A stretch of DNA of 64,000 nucleotides from Eledone cirrhosa (taxonomy: Eukaryota), in NCBI GenBank assembly GCA_964016885.1, contig OZ024761.1:17794001-17858000 (forward strand), given 5' to 3'. Below the pieces are notes generated by a model. The model was not told the origin of the DNA and made no database searches. It worked only from the letters and a program-made list of their open reading frames with translations. This document shows, piece after piece, positions 62,277 through 64,000 of this stretch; position 1 is the first letter of the stretch; each line of letters starts with the position of its first letter. Position numbers and translations under genes: made by a program.

Positions 62277-62411
62277 GTGTGCATGCACGAAAGTGTGTTA
62301 ACGAAGTAAAACTACTTATATTTGAGATAGAAAACTTTAGTCAGCAGCTGACGAGGTGGTGGGGTGGGAAGGTAGAGGAATATAGATGATGGAGAAAAAA
62401 TATTAACCCAC

Positions 62412-62484
62412 AGGTTCCGACGAGGATCGAACTCGCGACAGTCTGTGTGTGAAACAGACGTGATAACCACTACACCACGGAACC
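62412..62484 (-). tRNA. tRNA-Val(CAC)
   Basis: 73-nt cloverleaf, CAC anticodon, T-run terminator. Confidence 0.93.
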
Positions 62485-63539
62485 CACGATAAGACTCTCA
62501 TATTTATAAGGATTTAATGCAAACCAAATAAGATATATGATATACGATCTAGATAGACATTCTGGCCCTTTAATAGTTCTGTTATTTAGAATTATTGTGA
62601 AACGTAAATAAATCTCGGAAACTCGGATTGTGGAGAACATTCTCTCTATTTCCCTTCGACAGAAAACAAAATCGATATAATCAGCATAACCTAATAATAG
62701 CACATTTTGCAATCGATCTAAACAATCATGATTACATAACATCATCGATAGTATATCTTGAAATGATGATTGTTGTTGTTGTTATTATGTTTTGAAACTT
62801 ATTAACACATGAAGCATTAAATCATGTGTCTATGTTTCATCTTTAATATGTATTTGTTTTTGTGCCAATGAATTTGTGCGTACATATGTGTGCGTGAGTG
62901 GGTGTGAGTGTTTACGCGCGTTAATTGAAAACGAAAGTGAAAGTAGAAAGACTTATCAAAACAAACAACGTAAAAATATTGCGATATTCTCACTTATTCA
63001 TTGTTGATATAACTAAAAATTGGTCAAACACACAGAAAAAGAAAGCAGTATTGGAAAGGACTATAAATTCCATGAATGAGTGGAAAAGGAGGGGAAGGGC
63101 AAGGATTATTAGATAAAGGAAAAAAGAAGGGGGAAGGGGAGAGGGTGACAGACACTACACCTGGAGCAGTGTTTCGGAACAGTGTTTCAGCTGTGACCCG
63201 CGGACAAAATGGCATAGGCATTTCCACAGACAATGACCAGCTACACCCGTTGCAACAGCCATCCCACCCCGCGGGATTCCTGCTCCAGCGGGCTGTTATC
63301 GATCCGATTTTGTGAGAGCGAGTGAGTGGGATTGCGCGTATAACAGAATGGTTTCTTGTGCAAAAGCTATACATTCTAGAGTAGGTCTACGTCTGAAGTT
63401 GTGCTTATCATTCATATCCAGTTTACATTGACCATGGAAGTGGAGTCATGTAAATTCCATTTCCAGAAACGAATCTTGTCGGCTGTGACAGCCGATAATG
63501 GTGGAGTTGTATGTTATGAAGCAAAAAAAAAAATTCAAC

Positions 63540-63612
63540 AGGTTCCGACGAGGATCGAACTCGCGACATTCTGTGTGTGAAACAGACGTGATAACCACTA
63601 CACCACGGAACC
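63540..63612 (-). tRNA. tRNA-Val(CAC)
   Basis: 73-nt cloverleaf, CAC anticodon, T-run terminator. Confidence 0.93.
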
Positions 63613-64000
63613 TTCGGAAACGGACCGGCATTTCAAAGGATATAAACGCAATCTGAGAATTGTGCAATCCTCAGCAATCTCCCCACCATTTTAACCCACC
63701 AAAAATCTCGAAAGTGATTGAGAGGTGACAGCCATCTTTCTGCCAAAGAAATTAAATCGGAAGAAAACCAGGATGGAATTGCTTTGCGAAAATATATCAT
63801 CTAGTTTTTTTAATTGTTTTTTTTTCATGCAGACTTTATATATGGAGGACAAAGTCGCGAATTGGCAGAGACGTTAGAACGTGGGATAGAGTGCTTTATG
63901 GAAGTCGTTCCGGCTCTCTGCTCTCTGAGTTTAAATACCGCCGAGGTCAACTTTCATCGATTCGAGGTCGATAAAAAAAAGTCCCAATCTAGTATTGCAG

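Overview
Eukaryotic, AT-rich, repeat-dense DNA. The SINE/RTE repertoire and (TA)n/(ATG)n microsatellites suggest a coleoid cephalopod (Octopus-like); this is an inference. A minus-strand, intron-rich gene spans about 52.0 kb to beyond the left edge. I reconstructed 30 coding exons by hand, with consistent splice phases and one GC-AG intron. It is best read as Cep192/Spd-2 (ASH/Ig-like C-terminal repeats), and its 2.9-kb exon carries a 21 x 14-aa S/T-rich repeat. Upstream lie a candidate cell-cycle promoter (CHR/E2F/CCAAT) and five tRNA-Val genes (1 AAC, 4 CAC), all with an atypical U73 discriminator. Introns hold RTE LINE fragments, several tRNA-derived SINE families, a piggyBac derivative with its MITEs, non-autonomous Helitrons and a decayed Penelope-like element. 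The most striking hidden signal is a set of long (TA)n-flanked palindromes. Three carry a minimal type I hammerhead ribozyme on each strand, and others appear folded back at a hammerhead stem II. All coordinates were read by eye and may be off by a few bases, and homology calls are from recalled motifs, not database searches.
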